A DNA stretch of 63,274 bases, filler included, from Rhizaria sp. SCN 62-66 (taxonomy: Eukaryota), in the NCBI GenBank assembly GCA_001724265.1. It is 8 parts of 8 records of this genome, joined end to end, with 100 filler letters (N's around TTAATTAATTAA, not from the genome) between each part and the next. Parts side by side here need not be neighbours in the genome. Positions count along the whole stretch, not along the records: positions 47,437 to 54,192 come from MEDY01000611.1; positions 54,293 to 63,274 come from MEDY01000612.1; 6 more parts are not named here. One strand, 5' to 3'. Below are positions 48,589-61,414 of the stretch, piece after piece. Every line of letters starts with the position of its first letter. Position 1 is the stretch's first letter. Made by a program: the position numbers and the translations under genes. A model generated the notes under the pieces. That model ran no database searches, was not told the origin of the DNA, and saw nothing but the letters and a program-made list of their open reading frames with translations.

Positions 48589-51500
48589 ATGTTTTTGCGG
48601 TTGGTAACTCTCTGGGCATTTCTTGGCATATGTGGCCTCACAGCTGTTTCAACTGTGCAAGGCACCCCCACTCCAGCCGGCCTTTCCTTCACAGCAACGC
48701 TTGACCACACCTCGACAGTATGCCACCCCTCGCGCGGTTACACCTCAGTCTCACTGGCAGTTGCCGTTTCCGGTTTAGACGCTGCCTCCGACATCGTGTT
48801 TACGCTGGCCTGGTCATGCCCGGCCCTGTCACAGCTCGACCTGACCGCCCTTGCACTCACATCAACCTCAGCCGGCTGTATCGTTGACTTTACTGCGCCC
48901 TACAAGGTCCACTGCTTGCGCACCCCCACTGCTGCGTTCACAGTCGCAAATGTCCGCGTGACCTTCAACACACCCCGCGCCTTTAGGGAGTCTGTCAACG
49001 TGCTGGCGACCTGCTTCGGCGTCAAGGCCAACGGCGTTTCAGTGCCCGCCGCCGCCTCGGTGGCCGACACGCTGCTGCTGCCGCTCCCGCTGACGGAGCC
49101 CACGGTCACGCTGCTGCTTGGCAATGCCTATGCCGACAACGCTGCTTATCGCGACGACGGTAAAGACAGCAACCGCACCGCTGCGCTCGCTGTTCATGTC
49201 ACGCTGACAGTGCGGACCGAAGGGGTCACCATTATTTCAGTGATGCTTGACGACGACAGCGAGATAACTCTCGGTATCACCTCGCCAGACATCACCGTCA
49301 CTGAGCTCACCGATGATGAAAGCGACAGCGTCCTGAAGATGTGCATGGCAAACCGCGTCGCCGGCGGACGTACCCTGGAGCTGCGCTGTCTCGGCATGTC
49401 ACCGGGGCCTGTTGCCTTTACGATCTCGCCTGTTTATGTCAACACACAAATCGGCAACAGCGCTGGCAGCAATGTTAGCAGCAGCAAGGTTTATACCAAT
49501 AGTTTAGTGGGCTTTGCGGGGGAGATCTATGTGGCGTTACACGGCGTACCGCAAAAAGCTACCCTTCTCTATACGACCTCAGGCGATGGTACGCTTAGCT
49601 CCGTAGACGGCGACTCCACAGTCACTAAACGCGCTGGCTCTGCTCCGATAACACTGAAATCGTCCTCAAAAAACAGCCCTGGGAAGCAACAACATATGTT
49701 AACACAAGCGTTAACAGCGTCTAATAGCAGCCATAGCGGAATCAAAGCAAGACCGCTCGAAACTCCTCCGTGGTTTCAGCTTGTTGGAACGTACGCGAAA
49801 GTTACAAATCTCGGGGCCCGTATTCGTTCTGTTAACCTCGCGCTCAATCTTATTCTACCGAGCAATAACGGCGGTTCGGGTGTGAGGTTTTCAATCACAT
49901 CTACTGGTTGCGACGTTAACTTTGCTGCTTGCTCGATTACTGGGGCTCTTACGCTCTCCAATCGCAATGTTAACTCACTAGTCGTAAATGTTCCGGCGTC
50001 ATGTACAGCTGGCTCCATCTGCTCTGGCGCAATAAGCGCGGTCATTGTCAACGCGCCTGTGGAGTTGGCGAACTGGAACCAAACACTCTCTGCGCAATGC
50101 TTCACCGGACAGCTTGTCATCTCGAATGTTAACGAAGGTTCAAGTGTAAGTGCTAATAACACAGTCCCACTATACGCGGCAATTGATGATCTGCCTATGT
50201 ATTCGTATGTTAGCGATATTGCGCCTGTACAACCAACCGCAATGACGCTGCTAAGTGGTGACACCTACGAAACGCGCTACCAATGGAAGTACGGGTCGGA
50301 ACCAATTAAGATTATTGGAGCAAACCTTGCCGGCCGCTCAAACCGCACGTACACTATCACAAACTCGTGCCCGAAATTGATGCTGCAGAACTCAGCGGGT
50401 GTAACAGTCACTAAATTTGATTTCAACATGGACTTCACCGAGTTTGATATAACTGCAGTGTATTCTTTTCAGGTTCGAGTTGATATATCGAATTCGTCGG
50501 GACCATTCCCATTTTCGTGTTTTTCATTGCAAGAAACGGCCTCGGGCACGTTTCTCATTGCTGTCTCACCAGCTGCCGTTTTCAATTTTGTGTACCCAGT
50601 TAGCTTCTCAGTCGGTCTTGCTGGAACCAGTCTCCTGTCGCTTTCGGCTGTCAGTGCCACTCAGAGCAAGTTTGCAATGACGTACGAAATCAACTTTTTT
50701 CCCCACGCGGTACTTGCTCCAGGTAGTCCCATTCAAATTATTGATTCGCTCAAGTGTTTTTGCCCTGACTTGAATGGTGTTACCCTTATGACGTCAACTG
50801 CAGTCGCAATTGGACAAACAAAACTTGATGCGACAAGCTGTGTCATCTAGCCCGGTGATTACGTCGCTACCATTACATGTAGCAGTGTAATTGCAGATCG
50901 CGTGTGGAACTCGATCTACATGTACTGTCCAATCGGATTTTCTGCCGAGGAGCTCCACAACTGCATACCTAACAAAATGCTACAGTCCGTTAGGCTTTCG
51001 TATGACGGCGCGGCGTCAGTTGCTCCTGCTCCTGTGTTTTTCAACGTCGGCAATGAGGTCATTCTTGCTCCGCGCTATATCAGCCGCAGATTCCCTGGTG
51101 GATTTGACCCGGCACTGGGTACCGATTTGCAGGTTGTTCAAACGGTGCAAATTGTGATGTACATTATCACAGCTCCAACTGTTCCATTCTATTTGAATGT
51201 TGAGTCAAGTACATTTACATTTGATAAGCCCACCCCATCATCGGGTCGAATGAATGACCAATGTTCTTCGTACAGTACAATCGCAGTGGCTTGCACAAAG
51301 TTGACTGGATATGACGCCGTAAACACGTTTAATGTCAACAACATTTTTGGCACCCTTGCCAATAGCCATGATTTGTTTGGCTCCGGTGCTATGAAGACAT
51401 CAATTTCACCAACAACAGTTCGTTTTGCTGCTACAACGGCACAATGGTATGCATCAGGTGCAGAGTACAGTGGTGAATATTTCGGCTACGTAATCACCGG

Positions 51501-54192
51501 CAGCAACGATATTCCGCTATACCAGACAATCCGTTTCACTCCCAGTGTTTACATTGCAGCACTTCACCCAGATTATGCTGTGTCAACCACATATATTGTT
51601 GACTTTTAGACAAAATGCAATGCTGCTATGGCTGCCGACACAACAAAGTCTCTTTCCAGGATTGTCCCTTCTTCAAATGTTGGAGTCGTGATTGTGATGA
51701 ATGCTGGCAGCTTTAGTATTAAGACGGACTGCACCTTAGGCACCTTCTCACAGTTTACAGGATTACACGCCGCTTTTCTTGTGCGCTCACGCTACATTAA
51801 TTACGTGTCCACCGGACTTGTATCCTCGTGTTTCGATGTTTCCGCTGGGGGAATCACGGAAAGTTACTCACCCAAGAGTCAAATCGGGCCGTTTAATGCC
51901 ACAGCAGCCTCTCCTCTGTTTTACGGCATTCCTGCTGCGTTTAGTGTTGTGAGTCTTTCGGCGATTAGCACCACGTACGCATTCAACTTGTTCATTGCCC
52001 CCCGCTATTCTCTGGAATCAAAAGTTGCCATCTCCATTGAGTTTGACTACATGGAGTGTTCGATGCAGTTTCTAACATCGATCCAATTCAACACGTCTGT
52101 ACCTATTACAAACGTAACAACTAGTCGGGGTTTATATCCATTTAGCAGCTGCATCCCAACAATGGCATTGGACCTCCAAAGCGCAATTGGGATAACATGT
52201 ATCGGCACCTTTGACCCCGTGACTCACGGGTCTATTGTAGTTACGGTTCCCTAGCTTGTCATTAGTTTTGAAGGAAGTCTATACTCTGGCCGACTCGACG
52301 GCAATTGCTTCAAGGTGACCGTAGCGCGTCAGTATGCGGGTTTCACAGACCCCGATACCCACAGTATGGCGGGCAGCATGGTGCTGCCGTCGCTGCTAAG
52401 TGTCCATCAGTCGACGGTGTTTGACGACGGCGCGAATAACAGCACATCGACTTCTATGTCTGTGTCATTAGGTCACATGATCTTTCCCGCAAACAAGGCG
52501 CGCGAAATCATCTTTGGTTTTTCGTCGAGTCGTTTTGTGCCTTATAACCTTACAACTCCCCTCAAACGCGGAGTAGACAACGTCACGCTAGTAACCCCCT
52601 CTATGGCAGTTGTCTCTGGAAACGCGCTGTCGTTAAGTATGACAGCCGCGTCAGACGTGATTTGTAACGCCTACTCGTCATATGGCGCATGCCTAGCAAC
52701 GCCTACTGGCGCTTTTCCTGGCACTGCGTATACACGCCCACAGGTGCTGCTTGACCACACTCATGTGTGGGATAAGCGCAGTGCACAGGTTACCAGGCTT
52801 GCTGGCGTTGCACCCATGCGCCGGCTGCCGCTCGCGGTGCAGCATTCGTCAACTCGCTTGATCGACACAAGCCTCAATGTGAATCTTGCCAGTCTGGGTG
52901 AGGCGGGAATCACGCTTGTGCTCAGGTACACGACCACTTTTCTCACGTCGGCCAAGCATCTTATTACGTTACCAAGCACGTTGTTTTATGTTTCGACGAG
53001 TACAAGTGGTATCGGCTTTGACTCTCTCAGTTGCGTCAGCAATATCTGCACAGGCAACGCGTCAGTTAACACGTCATTTACAATCACGATCGCTGGGATT
53101 GTTGTCTCGACCGCACCTTACGAACTATTGCGCTCTAATATTGCAATTTATGACGCTGTCACGGTTCCTGGCAACATTTCCCTCTCAATCTCCGCGTATG
53201 CGGCACCGGAGCTGCGCGCAATTGAAGGCTATGAGCCTACAGACAGGCTCATTGCGTACAGTACCGTCCAGTCTACCGACTCCTTTTTGGGACGTATTTC
53301 TGGCCCTATGCCGCCATATAATGAAGATTACACCGTTAGTGTTACCGGCTCTGCCGGCAGCTTTAATCTGACGTCGCGAGTAACACTCGCGGACACGCGC
53401 ATCTTGATCAAGCCCACTGCAAATTTTAATGTCAAAATCGCGGTAGATTCGCCCCACCTGCTTGCCGGCGGGTCCCCTACGCTTAGTAGCGTTGCCGTGT
53501 TCCGGCCCGGCACGCCGACTTGTACGGTTCCAGTTGTCGCCAATGTTGCATCGCTCGGGGATTGCTCAGGCTTTCCACAAGACACCATAATCAGCCTGGA
53601 GATTACCACAGGGCACACGCAGCTTCCCGTTCTCCCGGTCTGGATTGACGTGCTGCTTGGCAGCGATAAATTTGTGCGCTTCCCGATCAAACTGCCAACG
53701 ACTCCGCTCCCACTAACAATTTTGCCTGTGACAGAACCGGTTCCTGAAACCTCAAGCTTTGTTTTTACCATAATTGATGGTCTTGGCTTTAAACCGGATC
53801 CTGCAATGACGCCTTCCCTTCAACTCGCGCTCGAGCTCGCTAACACTGACGCCACACTTGCTGGCTGTGCCGTCACCGCCAGTCAAGTGACATGGCGGAG
53901 TACCATGTGTGCGCTTCCTCAGTGCACTCTTACGGCGGCGACTCAGAGCGTGCCGGTCGAGCGGCTCACCTGCACCGTCACGCTGGCGGATCCGGGGTGC
54001 GCGGCAACTATGGCTCCTAGCGCGCTTGGTCCGTTTTTGATTACGCTCAACTCGTGCGTCAAGTATGACACAGACCGCGCGCGCTCGCCTATGCTGGCGC
54101 TCACGGTTAGCGAGAGCTCTACCCACATCGCACTGTGGCGCGGATCAACTCCGCTGACGAACGCGGCGAGCAAACTCACGGTAAATTTTGGC
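48589..54192 (+). CDS. Giant secreted or surface Ser/Thr-rich, beta-strand-like protein, at least 1868 codons, with three in-frame TAG codons; 3'-truncated
   Basis: Signal peptide MFLRLVTLWAFLGICGLTAVS. ORFs at 48589, 50902, 51628 and 52315 share one frame, separated only by TAG at 50848, 51607 and 52252; no TAA, TGA or frameshift. Confidence 0.75.
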
Positions 54193-54292
54193 NNNNNNNN
54201 NNNNNNNNNNNNNNNNNNNNNNNNNNNNNNNNNNNNTTAATTAATTAANNNNNNNNNNNNNNNNNNNNNNNNNNNNNNNNNNNNNNNNNNNN
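54193..54292. other. Artificial contig spacer
   Basis: N44-TTAATTAATTAA-N44. Confidence 0.99.
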
Positions 54293-55249
54293 CTGCACAC
54301 TGGCAGTCGCGGTGGCGCGGGCAACAGTCGCGGTGTCGGCGGGAGTCGCAGTCTCGGCCACGGCGAGGGTGTGCTGGGCCGTATGGCGAGTAACGAGAGC
54401 GATGGCGCGACTGACAAATAAAACTCGAACATATATCTAAGTTAGCAGGTACTCCGAGTTCGCGAAAACGATACTAATTAACAGCACTAACGAGGACTGA
54501 ATTGCTCATGTCAAATAGGCTTACATGCTTCATGATCCCACGCTCCTTGAACACGGTCGTCACCTTCATGCCCCTGTTTGACAAGATCTTGTTTGGCATC
54601 TCTTCGTCGTTGAACTGAGCTTTGCTTTTTCAATGTCGACAAATGTCTTCAAGTCCACGCCTCCACCAATCAAGCCAAAGGGTCAATTACGGCGCCTGGC
54701 GCCAGTTTTTTTAAGTTACAGCAGTGAAGGTTAGACGCCAAGACATGTTAATCCCAATATCCAGGTTTTTGCACTTCACAATCTCTTGGGCGGTTCTCTC
54801 GTTCGCTGCAGAGCGCGAGAGGCGGACCGCGCTCATCTTTAGCTGCGTCGCTCCGACGGGGATTGGAGGAGTGAAGGGGCACGTGGGTTAACTCAACGAC
54901 GCTGTGGCACGCTACACGCGAATGCACGGAGGCACAACGAGCTGTTGTGTAGGTGCCACACCCGTTGTGGGTTTTTGGGCTTTTCGGGCCGCCGCCGCCG
55001 CTGGGCGCCCACTGGTCAGCCGTCTTGCATGCCAGCCCACAACACTAAAATCAGAGAGCGCCATATGGGGTGCTGTTGCACCAACAAAGACCTCGTTGCT
55101 TGCAGAGCGGGAGAGGCGCACAAAAAACGAGCCCTCGGTGGAGACACGTAATGACCACAATAACCCCTTTTTCACCAAGCAGGTCATACGGTGTGTACGT
55201 AAAGGAGGGCGGGGTACGGGGAGAAAGAAAACGTAGCTTATCCTCGAAT

Positions 55250-56740
55250 CGCGTTTGTACTGCATTGCGCTGTTATTTTTGTGAATCAGGCCCTGGATGA
55301 GACATTGTTGGCGCCCACGGCGGCGAAAGCAAACCAGGTTGCCGCTGACGCTGGTGATAGGCGTCCCTGCGCACGCTGGTGCGGACGCGGCGCCCGCAGT
55401 GGATCCTGACGCGGAAATGGCAGTACTACCGGTGCAGGGCGTGGCTAACAGCCGCATTCGACATGAGTCTGGCCCACGCTTGTCATCTGCTGGTCAATGC
55501 AGCAAGCCGGCACGGGAACCTGATTGAAAACGCGTCCGCCAAGAGGCCAGTTGTGCGTTGCGATGGCTGCCAGTTGGCAAGCAACAAGCGGAGACGATTC
55601 ATAATTCGCTCGCGTCGAACTCTGCAGCGCTGCAGCTCATCCACACCGACGTTTTTGGTCCCATTAACACTGCCATTAAGATGCATGCAACTACGTGTCT
55701 TTTATCGACGATTACACCAGCTGCGTCATCATATCCACCATGTGCAACAAGACAGCTTCTGACGCAGCTCTGTATTTCGGCAACTCAGTGGTCCGCGCGC
55801 GATCTGCTCGGCGTTTATCGTGCTGCCGAGTCCAGCTGTAGTCTCGTCGAACTTAACATCAAGAGCGATGATGACTGCGTCGCTAGCTGGGCGCCGAACG
55901 AGCCACGTTTTGGCGACGCAACCATAGGCTCGGAGGGTGGAGATGCTGGACCTGTGACCGTCGCGCATTACACACGCGCTCTTGAGACGCTCTCCAGCAC
56001 GCTGTTGACGCGGGGTGGGAAGCACGTTGGATACGCGTACGGCCGTGTCAAGCATCTTAGACCAGAAGTACATACAACATGCTGTTCATGGCACAGTGCG
56101 CGCACTTGGATGATGGCAGTTTGATTTGTTTGATCTGAAACACCATTCTGATCGTGTATGTAAGGCGCAATCACCTGCTAATGAATGCCAGGCTCTGCTC
56201 GCAGAAGTTCTTAAAGGCGAGTTTCGACTCGGCACCGCCGTCAGTGCGGACGCTATGGACGCAAAGCGGTGCAGACATCTGTTATGCGCTGGAGAAGCAT
56301 CGACGCTTCTGTTGAATGGTCACTGTCAGCTGCCGCTGGGTGTATGCCCACAAGTTCGGCGACAACGGTGTGGTCACGAGGCACCGAGCATAAGAACGAT
56401 TTCTACAGCGACAGTTACGATGGGTATTCCGATCTGATTGGCAGCCTGGTATACTTGGCACGATCCGCCTAGATCTTGCGTATCCCACCGCGTATCTCGG
56501 CCTATACATCGCTAGGCACAGCCACGCTCACTAGACGGTAGCAAAGCGCGTGCTGCGCTACCTCGAGGGCACTGCTAACTATCGGCTACGTCTTGGCGGC
56601 CTCAAGAGTGGTAACGACAACTGTGTCAACATGTACTCAGACTCAGAAAGAGTCGCTGACCTTGTCCAACGTCGGTCCACAACGGGTTTCATCATTCAGT
56701 TCAATGAGGCTCCAACGTGTTAGTTGACGTACAGACAACG
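55250..56740 (+). mobile_element. Decayed Ty1/Copia retrotransposon with internal deletions and an inverted integrase core
   Basis: Plus strand: CDGCQLAS, LQLIHTDVFGP, FIDDYT, CRWVYAHK, LIGSLVYLA, AKRVLRYLEGT, YSDS, RRSTTGF. Minus strand 55790-56285: VRTDGGAE, APYIHDQNGVS, YFWSKMLDTA, LRAYGC, DVKFDE. Confidence 0.9.
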
Positions 56741-57560
56741 CCCTTACAGGCACTTAGCATGATACGATTACTCCGCGAGGTTAGACTTCAGTAAGTACAC
56801 AAACCGTACTTCATGTTAGCCGTCAAGGTCTTTGCTTCAAGCTTCCAACTATATTTGGCTCCATTTCAAGCTTCTCTTTGGTTGTAGCTTGTCAAATTCC
56901 GTTCCAAGTAGTATCTAAACAAACATCATCAACGATCGTTGGAATTGTTATTCGTGTGATTATTAAAGCTTATGATGTACCGTATTTTCAAACGTTGTAT
57001 TCTAGGTGACCGGTTTAAAACAAGAGTATGCGTCTCAAATTTAAATAATAAATTGTTGTAAACTATGTTGCAAAATGCAAGGTACTGAAGCACACCACAT
57101 CCTGGGTAAGATGCACCGCAGGATATCGACGCGTTCAGAGGACAAGCCATTGACAAAAAAACACCCAGAGTGCCTTTCTGACACTAAACGGTGACACTCC
57201 ACGCTAAGTCGGAAAACCAGGAATCTTAATCTCAGCTCGCATTCTCAACACAGGTCCACCGTCGCTGTTGAGCCCATATCAAGGAAGGCTATCAGTCGTG
57301 CCGATTCGTAGTTTGAAGCTAGTGGCAAATCCTGGGGATTTAGGCATTAAATATCTTATGTACATTGCCCGCATAGTCGCGTCTTTCTTTTATCAGCACA
57401 CTCAGGTAAATATAAGCTTGCTCAGCGAAGCTTCATCCCTACATATCACGATCCAGAGATGCTATAAGTTTTAATGTAAAACAAATCTGCTTCATGGTGG
57501 ATATGATTAATTCTACTGTTCTTGTTCAACTTGATAAATTCCCGCAATTGTGAGGTCGAG

Positions 57561-58450
57561 ATGGGAGGATGCTTGTCACCTGAAGAGCGTCATCAGGTCC
57601 GCGATCTCCGCCGCGCTGGCCGCAGTGTCCATCGCATCGCACGCCAACTTAAAGTCTCCGAGAGTACTGTCAAGTGCTACAGCTGCCCGTGCCAGCCGGT
57701 GATAGATCGTCGTCCGGTCAAGGTCGGAAGCAGCGCCGGGAGGAGTTCGCTGCTATCGTGTTACGTAAAAACAACTCTAAGAATGCCGGCAAGTACAATA
57801 TTGTGATAAGGAAGATGAGTCTTAACTTCTCCTTTGCCACCTTCCACATTGCGCTCAAGCTCGTGAAGATCCGTTTCGATTAGCCCAGTTCGAGCAACGT
57901 CAAGAAGCGTCCGGCCTTCGCCAAGAAGTACCGCACACACAACTGGAGCAAGACCATATTCATCGACGAAAAGGTTTTTAAGATGGGCCGCCGGGGCGCC
58001 GCCGTTTATTAACGCACTGGCGAGCAGCCGGTCAGGGAAGTCGGCGACTACAGTGGCGTGGTCGCGGTCTGGTGGGGCATATGCAAGGCGCGACGAATCG
58101 CCCCCGTGGTCGACAAGGGAAACCTCGACAGCCCTGCTTTCACCAAAGTGCTGGAGTGAGGTTCCATTGGGCCCGGCCTGAGCAGCTACGTCATCCGGAA
58201 AGACAACGCTCGGTGTCATGTGGCCGCAGAAACTCTCAGCTACCTCAAGCACCGTCGCCTCAACGTGCTTCGCGACTGGCCCGCCCAGTCGCCCGACCTA
58301 AACCCGATCGAAAACGCTTGGGCCCCGCTTGACCGCGCGGTGCACCTTAAGGAGCCGAAGAACAAGACTGAACCGAAAGAGCTGGTGTTACGCAAAATCA
58401 GCAGGCTCGCGTCAGAACCCTCGTCGACTCGGTTCCGTCGCGCCTCGCGG
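57561..58450 (+). mobile_element. Decayed Tc1/IS630-type DNA transposase (D-to-E spacing 35 by my count)
   Basis: HTH LSPEERHQVRDLRRAGRSVHRIARQLKVSESTV; WSKTIFIDEK; VWWGI; DNARCH...WPAQSPDLNPIENAW; frameshifts and stops. Confidence 0.9.
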
Positions 58451-59699
58451 CGGTTTGCCGCAAGCGCGGCGCCCCTGGTGACTAAGTGGGTAAGACTCCG
58501 TTTCGTTACGTTAGCGCGCGCTCGCATTACTATATTATATAGTAGCGTTGTAGGAAAGTTGGTCATAAAAGGGTCAAATAATGCATAGCAAACTAATATA
58601 TCCTTGTGGTAACACCACGTACGTAGTGACGCTCTTTGGTAGATTTTAGCGGAGTCAAAGATTCGCACAATCAGGTGCACTACCTTGGCGACGTTAACGT
58701 ACGGTCTCAGTTTTGTAGTACGCCGTGTAGACTTCGCCAAGGTAGACATTTTTAGCCTCTGGCCCGGCGCGGGCAGCGAGACTAAAAATCTCGCCGGCGG
58801 ACCTTAAAGCGTTGGTATTGTTCGGTTTACGGTACCCTTCCGGCCATTCATCCGTTCCATCCTCCCGCTTCTCGACATCACTGTCATCGTCGCGCGTAGC
58901 CATGGCAACGCTACCGAGCATGTTGTGTGTGGACCCAGAAGTTGTTGGTGTTAGGCCCCGTGTCAATGACTCGCGCTTGAATCGGCGTATCGACACTCTC
59001 TGAGATCATGTATTGCGAAGTAACTCACCAGAGTTAGGTGCTTGACAGTGGGCCGGTTGGATCACAGTCAGGAATTTATGTGGTGCGATTTTATCGCCCT
59101 CTGATAGCTATAAAGATCTCATTAAGCTATATGTAAGTGAAGGTAAAATCGTACCCACTCGTTTTATCGTGACTTATATTGGAGCTAGTTTGGTTTAAGC
59201 AACTAAAAATGCGTTTACTTGTGAAAAATTCTTCATGGTCGCCGTCCCGCTCTGGAGTAGGGGCGGGGAATCTGCACATCACGCTGCAGAAAGAGGGTGC
59301 GGTTTGAGGTTATTGTTTCCGCAGCGCGCATCTTGCTCTCCACTGTACACTACTAGGACGGTAACTTGTAGCCATCGTGCTTTGTTCTCTGCGACTTCTG
59401 TTATCATCCGTGACGACTGGCTCGGGGAGTTTAAGAAGATGTGTTTCGAGAGTCAGGGCAGGAATTGGAAACCATTGCAAGCTAAATTATGGAAGAGAAT
59501 GACGTAGTACTGGTGCCATTATTTCCCTAGGTGCAGTGCAGATCCAACAATGCCATCTACAATGACAATAGAGATTCTTCTTTGAGCGGTTGCGGCAACA
59601 AAATTTACTCGAATCTGCATCTCCGCCCGAACATCTTCGCCACCCGCTGTCAGGATGAGCACGGTAGCACGGCAGCGTGCTGAAACACCATCAAAAGGG

Positions 59700-60000
59700 A
59701 GCGTTGCTCTCCATGGCGGTGAACTCCTCCGTGGTAAGCCTTTGCATAACTGCACTGGTACTAACTTTCCCCCTGGCACTGACGACAAGGTTGACAGTAT
59801 TTGTGACTTTTTGCCAACAACTTAGGGTCGATGATGGCCTGGTTAGGCAGGTTTTACTGATTCTGTGCCAACTTGTCGGCGTCTTTTGATCAAGGTGAGG
59901 TCGATGACATTTAAAGGTCCCGACTAGCTTTTCGTCACTTTTCGGTTTGTCGGCCTTCAGGTTCTTGGTTGCTCTGCTGCAGAGGTTCTAGGTCTTGCAG
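59700..60000 (-). mobile_element. Possible Gypsy integrase C-terminal/chromodomain relic
   Basis: Minus strand ATKNLKADKPKSDEKLVG then, shifted, GPLNVID; later VQLCKGLPRRSSPPW loosely resembles a chromodomain. Very degraded. Confidence 0.25.
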
Positions 60001-60815
60001 TAGGCTGTGAAAAACAAGCGACCCCATGTTGTGGGGGCAAGACGCACGCCTTATTTGTTTTCAGGATCATAGGAAGCGAACACCTCGATGTTGGTAACTG
60101 CCGCCTCGTACAGGCGGCGGCAGTATGTGAGAGAAACGGCGAGCGTTACCGCAAATTTAGCACTTGCTTCATGCTTCCTACCAGCTGCAGGGGCATGCGC
60201 AACTTCATAATGAAGGATAGCGCGTTCAACGGGGACGAATTTCTCGCGCGTTCGCGCGACTTGGAGGTTGCAACGCGCGAGCATTTCCCGGGGGAGCTTA
60301 GGCTGCTGCTCGACAACGCAGCAGCAGCGTTAACGCCACCTCTATGCACCCCAGCTAAACCCGAACGAAAACTGCACCAGTAGGTTCCTCAATCCCAGGT
60401 ATGTTAGCGGGAAGTTTCGCTAGCGCCAATAAAGAGCTAAACATCGACAACATCTTTGTCAGTTAGTTACGGGAGTGTTATAAGGTGGTCCGCGGGTTCC
60501 AATAGCACGTCTTACAGGCTGTGGTAAATATCAACAACAGCATATTCATTTACTTCGAACAAGTGGCGGCGGAAATTGGCGTTTAATCCGATGTGAAGGC
60601 CATGCCGAGGCGTAGCGGTGGGTATTTGATCGGGATAAAATTGCGAAGACCCACACAACAAAACCGACCATTAGATCGTGTACCTGTGAGTTAAAACATG
60701 TACACATCCGAAGAAAACCCTCGGTCATGATGAAACAGTCTGATTGACTGATTTTTGGCCTATTCTGTCGTGCGGGTCGAGGAGAAGAGTCTAAGGAACA
60801 ACCAAAACAAAAAAA

Positions 60816-61347
60816 CATGTCGATATGCGTTTTTCAACTCGGACTCAGGATACGTTTATCTTCTGGTCTGTATTCAACGCATTTTGTTTTTGTCGTGGTG
60901 TTGAGGCTGCTCACGGTCACATGGAAAATCGATCATTGGAAGGTTCTGTCGTCGAGGGGGAACCTTCAAATCGATCATTGGAAGACTCTTGTGGTCGAAG
61001 TGAAGAGCACATCTAAGATCGATTTCGAATTGTTTGTTCCAGCGCGCATATTTCCCATCAGTCTCAAAATGAGATTGCAATTCGCAGTAAAGAACAGTCA
61101 AAATACAAACCATGTCGATATGCGTTTTTCAACTCGGACTCAGGAAACGTTTATCTTCTGGTCTGTATTCAACGCTTTTTGTGTCGTGGTGTTGAGGCTG
61201 CTCACGGTCACATGGAAAATCGATCATTGGAAGGTTCTGTCGTCGAGGGGGAACCTTCAAATCGATCATTGGAAGACTCTTGCACATCGAACATCGATTT
61301 TGGATTGCTTGTTTCAGCACGCAAATGCACCATCAGTCTCAAAATGA
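60816..61347. repeat. Tandem duplication, period about 295 bp, with internal hairpin and direct repeats
   Basis: CATGTCGATATGCGTTTTTCAACTCGGACTCAGGA... at 60816 and 61111; about 170 bp near-identical, then divergent, then shared CATCAGTCTCAAAATGA. Confidence 0.9.
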
Positions 61348-61414
61348 AATATAGATTTGACATAAAAACCCACTCACACTTATGTTGAATTTGTTAAACC
61401 CTCTTTAGGTAAAC

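Noticed and set aside
7219-54292. Seven TTAATTAATTAA motifs within N runs as a biological repeat
   Set aside because: Identical 100-nt synthetic contig linkers; genes are cut at their edges, so cross-contig synteny is not interpretable.
54293-54660. Possible minus-strand exons at the contig edge
   Set aside because: A GTAAGC donor and coding-like stretches are present, but no start or homology could be established.
56520-56725. Two TAGs at conserved Trp positions in the Copia RT/RNase H as evidence for UAG=Trp
   Set aside because: The element is decayed with frameshifts and other stops; TGG to TAG is a single transition, and real genes here use TGG at conserved Trp.
60946-61276. Four AAATCGATCATTGGAAG copies as a CRISPR array
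   Set aside because: Repeats are short, the 'spacers' are duplicated or very unequal, the context is eukaryotic and no cas genes are present.
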